This document shows, piece by piece, positions 42,055 to 53,654 of a stretch of 64,000 nt of DNA. The stretch is from an uncultured Gemmatimonadales bacterium (GTDB taxonomy: Bacteria > Gemmatimonadota > Gemmatimonadetes > Gemmatimonadales > GWC2-71-9). Made by a program: the position numbers and the translations under genes. The notes under the pieces are model-generated. The model saw nothing but the letters and a program-made list of their open reading frames with translations. It had not been told where the DNA came from and did no database searches. Each line of letters begins with the position of its first letter. The first letter of the stretch is position 1. The DNA is taken from the NCBI GenBank assembly GCA_963748815.1, contig CAVVKJ010000010.1, positions 384,001 through 448,000 of the forward strand. The letters run 5' to 3'.

Positions 42055-45000
42055 CAGATTACCCGCCGCAACCGCCGCCCCATCCACCGCTGCGTGCTGG
42101 TGCCGGGAGGCAGGTACTGCTCGAGTTCCTCTGGACTCTTGACCCAGGTGACGAAGCCCCACTCGGCAAAGAAATCAGGCCAGCCGATCAGGCTCCAGTC
42201 TCCCGAGAGGACGTACACCGTCTCCCCGTCGAGCACCGCGCTCCGATAATCCTTGTTGAGCGACCCGACGGTCAGGTAGGACACGTTCCGGGCGCGCACG
42301 GCCGGCGGGAGGGCGTTCAGCGCCGTCGCCAGGCGGCGGAACGACGTGATCTCCGGGCGGTCCTCGATCGGGACATGGCTCACGGAATCGGTGAAGGGGA
42401 CCTGGAGCTGCGTCGACCAGTCCTTCAGGAACCCGGACATTTCCGGGCTCCGCGCGATCTCGTCGAGCGCCTCGCGGGTGCCGAAGAACTGGGTCTTCCG
42501 GTGAATCGTGACGGCGCGCTCGAATTCGTCCTGAAGCAGCTGGTTGGAAGGGAGGTCCAGCTTGGAGAGTGAATCCGCCAGGCGCTGCACCCCCGCATAG
42601 ACCTCCGGCCCGAAAGGATACTCTTCCTTCAGGAACGGATACTTCTCGTAGTTGCGGGCGACTTCCTCCGCCGCGCCGGCGATGTCGCCGACCGGCGACT
42701 GCCGGGTGTACACCCCGACGTGGAGCGCCCCGCCGGTGGCCTCGATCTCCGGTTCGAGCATCTCGTAGACCAGGGCGAGCCGGGCGTAAGTCTCCTGCAT
42801 CCGCGACATTGTGAAGGTGGCCGCGCTCGGCGCGTGCCCCACGGCCGGCGCCACGACATAGACATGACAGCCGCGCATGGCCGCGGCCACCAGCTGGCCG
42901 GCCCAGAGGAAGTTGGTCCAGATCGAGTCGGGAATGTACAGCACGCTCCCCGGGGGCATCAAGTTGTAGAGCGCCATGTGGACGATGCTGGCGTCCTTGC
43001 GGGCCCACCCCGTCAGGTTGTGAAGGTTCATGCCCCGGGCCACGGCCCCGCGGGCCTCGAGCGCGGCCACGAGCGAGTCGTAGTTGGCCGGTTTCGGCTG
43101 CGGCTGAAGCGGCGCCGGGATCTCGGCCTCCGTGAACCCCTGCTGCAGCAGCAGGAGCCGCGCCTCGTGCTTCAGTTCCAGGAGCGACGACCCGCTCACG
43201 AGGATGGCGCGATCCTCCCAGGTCGGCGTCGCGTAGTGTTCCCCGATCCCCACGCCGGTGAAGATGGCTTCCCCGCTGGCCGGGTCCGCCTCGGTGATGT
43301 CGCGGAACGCGAGCTTGCGGTGGTCCCGGATCAGGTTGTCGGGCGCGAACGGCAGCCCGAGCAGGTGGCTGGACCGGAACGAAAGGTCCGACGGGTTGGT
43401 GATGCTGACATGCACGCGAATCGTCTGCCGCAGCCATGCGCCTGGGTCGGGGTGGCGGGCCGCGTCGGCCTGCAGGCGGGAGGCGCCGGCCACGGCAGCG
43501 CGGAGGCTGTCCTGGCTGGCGCGCATCGCCGCCTGCATCGGACCGACAGCGAATCGTCGCCCGGAAGTGAGAAGGGGGCGCCCGTCGGGTCGTCGAGCAC
43601 GCCGAGGAACATCTTCCCCTTGTTGGCCTCGTAGTAGTTCTGGTCGAGGAAGATCATGTAGGTCGGGAAGACGCCTGTCCGTTCGTACTCCTCCACCTTC
43701 CGGCGCAGGTTCTTCATGTACCCATGGAGGGTCATGGCGAAGGCGACCTTGTCCGGTCGCCCCTCGGGGGTCACGCCGCGGTAGTCGTGGATCCAGAGCA
43801 CGTGATATCGCTCGGTCTGCGCGATCATCCGCGAGAGCTCGAACTGGAACTGCTGCCCCGATAGGTAGGCGGCGGCGTTGTCGTCGGTGAACTCCTGCTT
43901 CACCAGGCGTTCGATGATGGCGTCGATCTCGCCCTGCTCGTCGTGCTGGTCGGGCCGGAGGGCCAGCTGCATCGGCAGCCAGATCAGCCGCGTGTCGTTG
44001 GTGCTGTCCAGGGAATACTCGGCCCGCAGGCGGTCGAGCACCGCCACCCACCGGTCGAACACCGCCAGCACCGCTCTGCGCTGCGTGGGCGAGAGCGCCG
44101 CCTGCCCGCCCAGCCACTCCTGAAACTGGTCGTGCGCCGCGGCGCCGAGGCCGAGCAGGGAGTTGTGATCCTTGTATTGGCCGAAGACCCGGTCGTAGGG
44201 AAGGATGACCCGGTCGAGGACGATGGCCTCCGCCTGGCGGGCGAGCGGCCGACCGAGCGTGGTGTCGGGGTGCCCGCCCGTGATCGCGGCGCCAAACGCG
44301 GCGTCGAGGGCGCGGTGATAGCTGGCCTCGGTGGTGGCGTAGCTCGGCGCAGGGGTGTTGGGTGGCACGGGCGCGTTGAAGATGGCCTTGACCTCCATCG
44401 CACGGGCCCGGCCGCGCTCCAGCGATTTCTCGTAGCTGCCTCCCTCGTCATCGAAGAAGAAGGAGCTGAACTTCAGGAGCTGTGTTCCGCGCAGGTACAC
44501 CCGCGCCATCAGGGAATCGAGGACCGCCGGGGCGACCCGTTGCTCCACGAGCGCCGGCGCCGGCTTGGGGAGGTCGACCTCCAGCTTGTATTGCCGGGTC
44601 TTCCCGATGTAGGGCTGGAAAATCGGCATGCGGAACCCGATCTCGAAGCTCTGGGCTCGCGCCGGGATCCAGTCGAGGCGCACCTCGGTGCCACGATGGA
44701 AAAACCCGCCGCGCGTGGTCGGGAACATGGCCGACAGGATGAAATCGGCCTGGTCGAAGCTGATGCTGTAGTCCACGCCGGCGGCGACCCAGATGACCGG
44801 GATGGCGAGCAGCAGCCGCCCTCCCCCGTTCGCCCCTGCCGCGGTCCCGCCGAAGTAGGCCTCGCCCCGAAGCGCCGGACCGCCGAGGATCGGGTTCATC
44901 AGTTCCTTGTGGATGCCGACGAGGCCCTGACCACCGACGTCGGTGCCGGTCTCCGTGTTGCTGACGAGGAGCGACGCTCCGATGTAGGGCTTCCAGGTGG

Positions 45001-45109
45001 AGGGGAAGCCCATCGACTTGACCGGGGCGGGCAGACTGTCCTGGGCGGACAGGGTGGGCAGGGGGACGGCGAGTGCCAGCAACGTCAGCCAAGCGCTCGC
45101 TCTGTTCAT
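42054..45109 (-). CDS. Large (about 1000 aa) exported phospholipase D-superfamily protein, frameshifted near 43555
   Basis: Signal peptide; DHRKLAFRD (HxKxxxxD); IHRK..; VGSLNKDYRS..DGE; ORFs 43331..45118 and 42054..44117 join. Confidence 0.65.
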
Positions 45110-45253
45110 GGTGGGCATCTACCGAGTGGACGCAGGGTGGCGGGTGCACGGGCGGCGAGGAGCGCGGAGGCGGTCAGCCCCGCGGCGACGGCAGCACCAG
45201 GAAGAATGTCCTGCAAGCTACGATTCGCGGGCAGTGAGAGCAATGCACCCTGT

Positions 45254-45347
45254 CAACGACGAGCGCCTCGCGCACAGCAGATGTGCGTGAGGCGCCCGAC
45301 ACCAACGACGGAGCGCCTCACGCGAGAAGCTTCGCATGAGGCGCCCG
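45254..45347 (-). terminator. Two tandem related hairpins downstream of the Ig-repeat lipoprotein gene
   Basis: caacgac(g)gagcgcctc...tgaggcgcccg occurs twice with different loops. Confidence 0.55.
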
Positions 45348-45368
45348 GTTTGTGAACTGCTGCGCCGC

Positions 45369-46067
45369 TCAGGGCGTGACGGTCAAGATCAGGACCGCGG
45401 AGTCATCCCCAACCGATCCGGTTCCCGAAACGGTGATGTCATAGACGCCCGGCGGCGTGGCCGCGCCGACCGTGATCGTCAGCGTCGAATTGACTCCAGT
45501 GGGAGCCACCGGGTCGAAGGTCCAGGTGACGCCGGCCGGGGCGCCACTCAGCCCCAGGGTGACCGCCCCGGTGAAGTCGGTCCGGGTGATGATCACCCCC
45601 GAGCCGTTGGAGTTGCCCTGGGCAATCGTGAGTTCCGAGGGGGCGAGCGACAGCGAGAAGCTCGGCGGCGGGTCCGCCACGGTGAGGGCCAGCTGCCGCG
45701 AGCGGTCTCCGATGGAGGCAGCGCCCCGGACGGCCATGTTGTAGTTGCCCGGGGCGGTGGTGCCGCCGACGGTGAGGGTGACGGTGGAGGTCGTCCCGGC
45801 GGTGATGACCGGATCGAAGCTGGCCGTCACCCCGATGGGGGCGCCGCTCAGGCTCAGGGTCACATCGCCGCCGAAGTCGGTGCGGTTGATCGTGACCGTC
45901 GCGACATCCTGCGCGCCCGGCACGATGGAGAGCGTCGCGGGCGCCAGGGTGATCGTGTAGTCGGGGGTGGTACCGGTCCCGCCAGAATCGCTGCAACCGG
46001 CCACCAGCGCGAACCCCGCGAGGAGGGTCAACCACCGCTGCGGGCGTAGGAATGAGGCTGGGGTCAT
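45369..46067 (-). CDS. Lipoprotein with two tandem Ig-like repeats
   Basis: LVAGC lipobox; the repeat RTDF.G.VTL.LSGAP.GVT..FDP...STLTxTVG..T.PG.Y occurs twice. Confidence 0.8.
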   Translation of the reverse strand: MTPASFLRPQRWLTLLAGFALVAGCSDSGGTGTTPDYTITLAPATLSIVPGAQDVATVTINRTDFGGDVTLSLSGAPIGVTASFDPVITAGTTSTVTLTVGGTTAPGNYNMAVRGAASIGDRSRQLALTVADPPPSFSLSLAPSELTIAQGNSNGSGVIITRTDFTGAVTLGLSGAPAGVTWTFDPVAPTGVNSTLTITVGAATPPGVYDITVSGTGSVGDDSAVLILTVTP

Positions 46068-46219
46068 CGTCGCCCTCCGGGCGTAGGGGTTGGGCAGCCG
46101 CATGGGCAGCGCAGCGGCTGAAAGATAAGACGCCTGTGCCCTAATCGCTTGTACACCCGGCGATACACTCCGCGGATGGTGACTTGACACCCCGCCCCCC
46201 GGGACCGCGTATTACCGGA

Positions 46220-48071
46220 ATGCTCCCCCGCCCCGGTCTGCGGCGCCATCGTCGCATCTCCCTTCTGCTTCTCCTGTCCATCCCCACCCTGCCTGCCCTG
46301 CTCTCGGCGCAGCGGCCGCTCAACCTCGGGTTCGAGATGCCGAGCGTCGCCTACGCCGACCGGCCATGGGGGTGGTCCCTGGGCTGGTCGGCGTTCACCG
46401 GCACCGGTGCTGCCACCTACACCCTCGACCCCGCCGTGTTTGTGGAAGGCGCGCGCAGCCTCCGGATCACCGCGGCCGATTCCGGGGCCGAGCCGCCCGC
46501 CCGGGAACTGATGCTGCAGCTGCCCGCCGGGTTTGCGCGAGGGAAGGAACTCCGCCTTGGCGGACGGATCCGAACCACCGGTCTCACTGGCCGGGCGGTC
46601 CTGACCCTCGCCGCCTGGGGCGATCGGGTCGTGCCCGCGGCCGATTCCGGGGTGATCCCCGGCGGCGTTCCCGAAGGGGCCTGGCACCCCGTTGACCTTC
46701 GGATTCAGGTTCCCGCGGACCCGTCCATTCACTCCATCGTCATCGCCGTCGGAATCCGGGGCTCCGGCTCGGCCTGGTTCGATGGCTTGTCGCTGCGGGT
46801 GGACGGAACGCAGTTCCTCTCGCTCCCGTCAGACCTGCCACCGCCGTCACCGGCGGACCTCAGCTGGCTCGCCGCCCACACCGCGCCCCTGGACAGCGCC
46901 GGCCTCTCCCTCTTCGACCGGATCGTCGGGTCGGCGCGCCTGGTCGGACTCGGCGAGTCCACGCATGGGACCAGCGAGTTCTTCACGGTGAAGCACCGCC
47001 TGCTGGAGCACTTGGTGCGCACCAGAGGTTTCGACGTCTTTGCGATCGAGGCGAACCAGCTGGCCGTCGAGTCCCTCAACGCGTACGTGGCAGGAGGGGC
47101 GGGAACGGCGCGCGAGGCGATGCGCGTGATGTTCCGGGTCTGGAATACCGAGGAGATGGAGGAGCTGGTGGCGTGGATGCGCCGGTACAACGCCGACCAT
47201 CCGACCCGGCCGGTCCGGTTCATCGGGTATGACATGCAGGAGCAGCGCCAGCCGGCGGATTCGCTGGCGGCCTTCCTGGGCCGCCGCGATCCGGAGCTGC
47301 TGCCCCGCTTCGAGGCGCTCACAGGCGAGTACCGCACGCAACCGTCGTACTTCACCCCGCAGGCCGCGGACACCACGCGCCGGCGGTGGGCCACCGACGG
47401 TGATGCGCTCGCGAGCGAGATCGCGGCCCGTCGGGCGTCGTGGCTGGCCAGTGCCGTGAGCCGAGGCGACACGGTCGAGGTGGAATGGGCGGTGCACGAG
47501 GCCGACCTGTTCCGCCAGGCGGCGCGCCTCAATGCCTCGCTGTACTCGCCGGACCGGGACAGTCTGATGGCCGCGAACCTGGCCTGGGCCATCCGGACCC
47601 TCTATCCTGGGTCGGGCGTGGTGGTCTGGGCCCACGACGTGCACGTCAGCCACGGTGGGCGATCCGGCGCGGAGCTTCAACGGGGGCGCGCAGATGGGGG
47701 CGTACCTGAAGCACCAGTACGCCCTCGACTACGTGGCGTTCAGTCTGCTGACGGCGGAAGGGGAATACAGCGCCACGCGGAGTTTCACGGACCACGAGAT
47801 GATCGTTGCCGCGGCGTTTCCCGCGCCGGCAGGCAGCCTCGAGGGTGCGCTGGCGACCCTCCCGATCCCGGTCGGAAGTCCGGGACTCGTCGTGGACCTC
47901 CGGATGCCGGCCGACGATGCCGAGGCCGCCTGGCTGTGGCAGCCGCGGCCGGTGCGACACATCGGTTACGCGGCATACGACTACGGATTCGACCTGCTGG
48001 GCGTCATGCCGCTCGAGTTCGACGGCGTGGTGTTCATCAAGGAGACGACGGCGTCCCGGCTCCTGCGGTGA
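46220..48071 (+). CDS. Erythromycin esterase family protein with an N-terminal CBM-like domain, frameshifted near 47660
   Basis: LVGLGESTHGTSEF, FAIEA, FIGYDMQ, RDSLMAANL, VWAHDVH, MGAYLK, EFDGVVFI. Confidence 0.88.
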
Positions 48072-48537
48072 GTGCGCCGCCCCGCAATTGTTTCTCGTAC
48101 TCCGCCGACGGGAAGTGGCCCCGCGACCGGGCGATCAACCCTTCGGGGGAAAAGGTCCACTGCTCGTACCCGCTGATCCAGACCGGGTTCCCGCTGCCAC
48201 CGGGGCCGCTGTTGGTGCCCGTCAGCGTCCAGAAATACTCGGCGCCGCCCCCGACCAGCTTCACCGAGTCCATGAAGAGCGCCATGTCAGGGAGCGCCGT
48301 CATGAATCCCTGGGCCGCCGTGATGATGGCCTCCCGCCCGGCGGCAGGCGACCCGTCATTGATCGTCAGCGAACCATCCTCCGCGTAGAACGCCGCCACG
48401 CTGGCGGGGTCCTGGCTCCCCCACGCGGCGGTGTAGCGCGCGGCGAGGTCCTGCAGCGCCGCGTATTCCATCGGCCGGTCGGTCGTGGCGCAGGCGGCGA
48501 GTGCGCAGAGGAGGGTGACGCGGATCAGGACTCGCAT
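48037..48537 (-). CDS. SnoaL/NTF2-like lipoprotein
   Basis: YTAAW..D...VAAFYAEDG, WTLTGTN, ISGYE.W. Confidence 0.8.
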   Translation of the reverse strand: MRVLIRVTLLCALAACATTDRPMEYAALQDLAARYTAAWGSQDPASVAAFYAEDGSLTINDGSPAAGREAIITAAQGFMTALPDMALFMDSVKLVGGGAEYFWTLTGTNSGPGGSGNPVWISGYEQWTFSPEGLIARSRGHFPSAEYEKQLRGGALTAGAGTPSSP

Positions 48538-49604
48538 GTCGGCTCACATCGCTGGCCCAGGCGCAGGATGGCATTGCCGAGCCCGGTGAAGTAGATCATC
48601 TGGTGCGGTCCGAGAATGACGCCCGTCATGAGACCGGGCAACGGCTCCCAGAGGGCTGGCGTCATCAGCTCCAGGCGCGGTATGCCGGCGTCCATCCGGC
48701 GAATGAACTCGGCGGAGAGCGCCGCCTGCTCCGGCGTCTGGCTCTGGAAGACGGATTCGTAGTGTCCCGATTCGGGATCGACCACGATCAGTTCGTTCCG
48801 CGCCGGGAGCGCCACCCAGAGCATGCCCTGGGCATCCAGCTCCAGGTTGTCCGGCACCGGAATCTCGAGCAGCGTCGACTGGTGGCCGAGCTGGCTGGTC
48901 GCGGTGTCGAAGTCGAATTGCAGGATCCGATTCCCCACCGATTCCGCCACGTAGAGCTTCCCGCGGGCGTGGTCCACGACGAGCCCGTTGGCGAAGCGCA
49001 GGCCGTCCACGAGGAGTTCCGGTTCCCCGAACTTCCCGTCCGCCCACGGCAGCCTCCAGAGCGACCCGTCCCCCTCGGGAAAGTCGACCGCCGCGAACAT
49101 GCGCGCCTCGCCGTCCTGCGGCGTGTTCCTCGTGCTCTGGGTGAACCAGATCGTGCCGTGCGCATCGCGGACCGCGGTGTTGACGCCAAAGGAATGCTGG
49201 TAGACCAGTTCCGCCTGGCCGGTCGCAATCTCGACCCGGTAAATCCCGCCTCCCAGGACATCGGCCAGCACCAGGTGGGTGCCGGCCGGCTCGAGCGACA
49301 CCCCGTTGATGGCCCCCGCGTGCACCGGAGGATTGTTCAGGTAGCCGGCGTCGGCCAGGTTGCCGAACGGCGCGCTGTGGCCATCCGGCTCGACCAGGCG
49401 CAGGCCGGACACCTGGTCGGAGACAATCAGGCGGCCGTCCGGCAGTGCGACGCCGTCTTCCGGGCGGACCAGCGAGCGGTCGGCGGGATAGACCATCGAC
49501 GGCGCGAAGGTCCACTGCGGAGGCGGGGGCGTCGTCGGCTTTTCCGTCGGCGGGGCGCAGCCGACGAGCAGGCCGAGGAGCACGGCATGGGTCATGGATC
49601 GCAT
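48525..49604 (-). CDS. SMP-30/gluconolactonase family lipoprotein
   Basis: RPEDGV, FANGL, LYVAES, PDNLELDAQGMLWVA. Confidence 0.85.
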   Translation of the reverse strand: MRSMTHAVLLGLLVGCAPPTEKPTTPPPPQWTFAPSMVYPADRSLVRPEDGVALPDGRLIVSDQVSGLRLVEPDGHSAPFGNLADAGYLNNPPVHAGAINGVSLEPAGTHLVLADVLGGGIYRVEIATGQAELVYQHSFGVNTAVRDAHGTIWFTQSTRNTPQDGEARMFAAVDFPEGDGSLWRLPWADGKFGEPELLVDGLRFANGLVVDHARGKLYVAESVGNRILQFDFDTATSQLGHQSTLLEIPVPDNLELDAQGMLWVALPARNELIVVDPESGHYESVFQSQTPEQAALSAEFIRRMDAGIPRLELMTPALWEPLPGLMTGVILGPHQMIYFTGLGNAILRLGQRCEPTCES

Positions 49605-49681
49605 CAGTGTCTCCTGAACGAGCTTGCTTCGTTGGCCACTCGCCGGCCCGCCACGCAATGTCGGATGGCGTCCGCCCCGGG

Positions 49682-50293
49682 TTACGCCTTCAGCGCCGCG
49701 ACGAGCGCCCTGAACGCCCGACCCCGGTGGCTCACCCCGTCCTTCTCCTCGTCGGTGGCCTCCCCGAAGCTCTTGCCGAGGTCGGTCGAGAAGAAATGGG
49801 GGTCGTAGCCAAAGCCCGCGCTGCCCGCCGGCGCCTCGAGGATGCGCCCGGCGCATTCCCCTTCGAACACCTCCGGCATGGCGCCGTACTTCCGGAACAG
49901 CACCAGCGCGCAGCGGTACCGCGCCATGCGCTTGAGTTCCGGCGCCCCGGCGAGTCGCCGGACCAGTTCGGCGTTGTTGGCGGCGTCGACCTCCTCGGCC
50001 GTCCCGCTCGCGCCGGCCCACCGTTTGGAGCGGGTGCCCGGCGCGCCCCCGAGGTAGAACACCTCGAGCCCGGAGTCGTCCGCCACCGTCGGGAGTCCCG
50101 ATCGCTTGGCGAAATGCTCCGCCTTGGCCAGGGCGTTGGCGCGGAAGCTGTCTGCGCTTTCGAGGAGGTCTTCGGCGGCGTCTTCGAAGAGGTTGAGGTC
50201 TTCCGGGAAGACGAGCTCGAGCCCGGCGTCGGCCAGCAATCGCTTCACTTCGCGCTGTTTCCCGGCGCTCCGGGTGGCGACCAGCAGTTTCAC
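49682..50293 (-). CDS. rdgB: Non-canonical purine NTP pyrophosphatase
   Basis: ATRSAGK, ADDSGL, GFGYDPHF, SHRGRA; lies downstream of rph. Confidence 0.93.
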   Translation of the reverse strand: MKLLVATRSAGKQREVKRLLADAGLELVFPEDLNLFEDAAEDLLESADSFRANALAKAEHFAKRSGLPTVADDSGLEVFYLGGAPGTRSKRWAGASGTAEEVDAANNAELVRRLAGAPELKRMARYRCALVLFRKYGAMPEVFEGECAGRILEAPAGSAGFGYDPHFFSTDLGKSFGEATDEEKDGVSHRGRAFRALVAALKA

Positions 50294-51000
50294 CGGCCGA
50301 GCGCCTTCCGCTGCAGCGCGAAGAGCTGGGCGATCCCCCGCTCGCCGTAGGCCAGCAGGCTGTCGAGTTCGGCGCGGCTGAAGGTGCCGGCCTCGCCCGT
50401 GCCCTGCACCTCGACGAACTTGTCCGGCTCCAGCATCACGAAGTTGGCGTCGACCCCGGCGTCCTTGTCCTCGAGGTAGGCTAGGTCGAGCCGGACCTCT
50501 CCCTCCACCACGCCGACCGACACCGCCGCCACCAGGCAGCCGAAGGGATCCGGCACGCCGGTCGTCCTCGCGAGCCAGGCGGTCGCGTCCGCCAGCGCCA
50601 CGCAGGCGCCGGTGATGCTGGCCGTGCGGGTGCCGCCATCGGCCTGCAGCACGTCGCAGTCGACCCGGATGGTGTACTCCCCGAACGCCATCGTCCCCAT
50701 GGCCGCGCGGAGCGAGCGGCCGATCAGCCGCTGGATTTCCTGCGTGCGCCCGCCCGGTCCGTTCCGTTCCCGGGAGGTCCGTTCGCTGGTGGCGCGCGGC
50801 AGCATCGCGTATTCCGCCGTGACCCATCCCTGCCCCGACCCCCGGCGCCAGGAGGGGACGCCCTGCTCCACGCTCGCGGTGCAGTGCACCAGCGTGCCCC
50901 CGGCGCGCACCAGGCAGGAGCCCTCGGCGTAGGGATTGGCGCCGCGCTCGAGCACGAGCGGGCGAAGTTCGTCGTTCTGTCGGCCATCAGGACGGGGCAC
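50290..51000 (-). CDS. rph: Ribonuclease PH
   Basis: GWVTAEYAMLPRAT, GRTQEIQRLIGRSLRA, DCDVLQADGGTRTASITG. Confidence 0.97.
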   Translation of the reverse strand: MPRPDGRQNDELRPLVLERGANPYAEGSCLVRAGGTLVHCTASVEQGVPSWRRGSGQGWVTAEYAMLPRATSERTSRERNGPGGRTQEIQRLIGRSLRAAMGTMAFGEYTIRVDCDVLQADGGTRTASITGACVALADATAWLARTTGVPDPFGCLVAAVSVGVVEGEVRLDLAYLEDKDAGVDANFVMLEPDKFVEVQGTGEAGTFSRAELDSLLAYGERGIAQLFALQRKALGR

Positions 51001-51463
51001 GCAGGCGCTCCACGAGTCGGGTGGTGGATTGGTCAGGCACGAGATCGACGCGGACGACGCGCCCCCCGCGGGATTCCACGAAGTCGGCGCCGACGATCTG
51101 GTCACGGGTGTAGTCGGCGCCCTTCACGAGCACGTCGGGCTCGAGGGCGCGGATCAGCTCGAGGGGGGTCTCCTCGTCGAACAGCACGACACAGTCGACC
51201 GCCGCAAACCCCGCCAGCATCCGCGCGCGCGCCGACTCCGGGACGATCGGTCGATCCGGGGACTTGCCGAGGCGGCGGACCGAAGCGTCGGAGTTGACGC
51301 CGACGACCAGCGCGCCGCCCTCGGTGCGGGCCGTTTCCAGGAGGGCCAGATGGCCGGGGTGCAGCAGGTCGAACACCCCGTTGGTGAACACGACGTTGCC
51401 CATCTCGGCGCGGCGCCATGCCTGGGCCTCCGCCAGCGTGCGGACCTTGCGCTCGGTATTCAG
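50987..51463 (-). CDS. rfaE2: D-glycero-beta-D-manno-heptose-1-phosphate adenylyltransferase (RfaE domain II)
   Basis: FTNGVFDLLHPGH, GVNSDASVRRL, LVKGADY, STT; start uncertain (CTG 51463). Confidence 0.9.
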   Translation of the reverse strand: MNTERKVRTLAEAQAWRRAEMGNVVFTNGVFDLLHPGHLALLETARTEGGALVVGVNSDASVRRLGKSPDRPIVPESARARMLAGFAAVDCVVLFDEETPLELIRALEPDVLVKGADYTRDQIVGADFVESRGGRVVRVDLVPDQSTTRLVERLRAPS

Positions 51464-52739
51464 AGCAGGTGCTCGGCGCCGACATCCGCCGACCGCCCCC
51501 GGAAGAGCAGCTTGAGGAGCGGCGGCGCGACGAAGGTGGTCCCCATGACCATCAGGAGGACGACGCTGAAGACATCATCGGTCAGGAGGCCGGACCGGCG
51601 TCCGACGTCGGCGAAGATGAGACCGACCTCGCCCCGGGGCACCATGCCGACGCCGACGGCCAGCCGGCGGAAGCTCTTCCACGGTGCGGCGTAGCCCGCC
51701 GCCACCTTGCCGAGAATGGCCAGGATGGTGAGGCCGAGTGCCACGAGGAGGAGGAAGCCGCCCCCCGGACGGGTGGGGTTGAGCAGGTTGACGTCGAGCG
51801 AACTGCCGACGCTCACGAAGAAGATCGGCGTGAGGAGCGCGCCGACCGGGCGGACGCGCTGCTCGATGGCGTTGTACTGCTCGGTGCGCGCCAGGATGAT
51901 GCCGGCGGCGAAGGCGCCCATGATGAGGGCGGAGCCGGCCCATGTCCGCCACCGCCGCCAGCCCGAAGGCGAGCGCCAGCGCGATGATCGGGACGGCGTA
52001 CGAGACCTTCATGTTGGCGATGGCCCGGAACAGCCGTGGCGCCACCCAGCCTCCGATCGCGATCGCGATGACGAGGAAGCCGACGGCGACCGCCAGGATG
52101 CGGGCCACGCTGAACGGCGACAGCGCGCCTGCCGGCGGCGATGCCCGACACGACCGTCAGGATCACGAGCCCGAGCACGTCGTCGATGACGGCGGCGCCG
52201 ATGATGATCCGTCCTTCCGTCGAGCCGAGATTCGAGAGGTCGGAGAGCACTCGGGCGGTGATGCCGACCGAGGTGGCGGTCAGCGCTGCGCCGATGAAGA
52301 CGGCGGCGGTGCTGAGGGTCGTCGGGTCGCCCATGCCGTGGGGAACGTTCGCCCAGAAGAGGTAGCCGGCCAGGAAGGGCAGCACCACGCCGACCGCCGC
52401 GACCGACACCGCCGACCCGCCCACCTTCCGCATCTCCCGGAGGTCGGTCTCGAGCCCGATTTCGAACAGCAGCACGAGGACGCCCAGTTCGGCGAGAATC
52501 GTGATGATGTCGACCGTCGGGCCGGTGGCGGGGATGATCCCCAGCGCGCTCGAGCCGAGGATCACCCCGGCGAGCAGCTCACCGAGGACGGCGGGCTGGC
52601 CGACGCGTTCGGCAATCTCCCCGAAAAACTTGGCGGCCACGAGAATGGCAGCGAGGGTGAGGAGGAAGCTGGCGATGCTGTGTCCATCTCCCCCACCCGC
52701 GGCCGCCAGCACGGGGGTAACGGCCCCGATGGTTGGCAT
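51460..52739 (-). CDS. CPA2 cation:proton antiporter, frameshifts near 52130 and 51940
   Basis: GQPAVLGELLAGVILG, TATSVGIT, AAVIDDVLGL, GAFAAG, GMVPRGEVGL. Confidence 0.92.
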
Positions 52740-52746
52740 CACGATA

Positions 52747-53115
52747 TCAAAGCCCTTCGACGGCGCTGGGCCGGAAGTGGAAGGTGTGGTTGAAGAGCGG
52801 CAGGTGCACTTCCTCGGCATACTCGCTGCCAATGCTGATTTGCCGCGGCCTCGAGGTGCGCTTGATCTGGATCTTCTGCGCCTCGGCCGGGAGGCCGAGC
52901 CGGTCGACGGTCAGCAGCAGCCGGCGGCGGATCACGCCGTCCGAAATACTCGGCGCCAGCCGCGCCTGCGAGCGCATCTCGTCCTGGAACTGGTAGAACC
53001 GCCAGTAGACCTCGCCGATATTGACGCCGTAATACAGCACCGCGGAAAAGACGAGCAGCGTCAGGAGGCAGCCGGTCGAGCTGGATCCCCGTCGGTTCGA
53101 TGCGCGAGTTACCAT
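52747..53115 (-). CDS. Small membrane-anchored hypothetical protein (DUF4845-like)
   Basis: RRG-SS-GCL plus a TM helix at the N-terminus. Confidence 0.55.
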   Translation of the reverse strand: MVTRASNRRGSSSTGCLLTLLVFSAVLYYGVNIGEVYWRFYQFQDEMRSQARLAPSISDGVIRRRLLLTVDRLGLPAEAQKIQIKRTSRPRQISIGSEYAEEVHLPLFNHTFHFRPSAVEGL

Positions 53116-53654
53116 TGTGATTGCGCTCCGTCCACGATGTCCGTCACCAGTTTGTCCAAGGCCCGCACCCGGCCATCCTGTTCCCTGCCGGGATCGTAGT
53201 TGGCCTCGACGATGAGGCCGCTGCGCTGCCAGATGGCCTTGCCGGCCTTCTGATCGTAGATCTCGATGTTCACCGTCATCTGCAGCGCCCGCTGCGTGAC
53301 CACCACGTTCTGGTTGCCGGCGCTGTTGGTCGCGCCCGCCCCGGTATACGCCACCGGCAGGTCCGGTTCGTATCGCGTGATCGATCCGCGCACGATCGCG
53401 TCGGCGGTGTTCTCGCCCGCGGCGCGCAGTCCCAGCCGGCCCTCCATGGCGACCTTCACCGCCTCGTTCACCTGCTGCGTCAGCGCCGGCTCGGTCGTCA
53501 GATTGTCGAACGGCATGATCGCGACCGTCTTGATGTCCGCCGGCAGTCCCCCCCCCGCGAACCCGTACCAGCAGCCCACCAGCAGCGGGAGGCTAGCGAG
53601 CAGGCGGCGTCCAGACCGACGGGGGGAAGGCAGGCGCAGTCGAATCAGCGACAA
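53109..53654 (-). CDS. lptE: LptE-family lipoprotein
   Basis: GCWYGFAGGGLPADIKTVAIMPFDNLT, ADAIVRGSIT, C-terminal QW. Confidence 0.7.
   Translation of the reverse strand: MSLIRLRLPSPRRSGRRLLASLPLLVGCWYGFAGGGLPADIKTVAIMPFDNLTTEPALTQQVNEAVKVAMEGRLGLRAAGENTADAIVRGSITRYEPDLPVAYTGAGATNSAGNQNVVVTQRALQMTVNIEIYDQKAGKAIWQRSGLIVEANYDPGREQDGRVRALDKLVTDIVDGAQSQW

Noticed and set aside
45254..45347. Possible CRISPR mini-array
   Set aside because: Only two units, the variation lies inside the hairpin loop, and no cas genes are present.
46220..48071. Bona fide ere macrolide resistance gene
   Set aside because: Only family-level motifs are visible. Many members are not macrolide esterases, and there is no mobile context.
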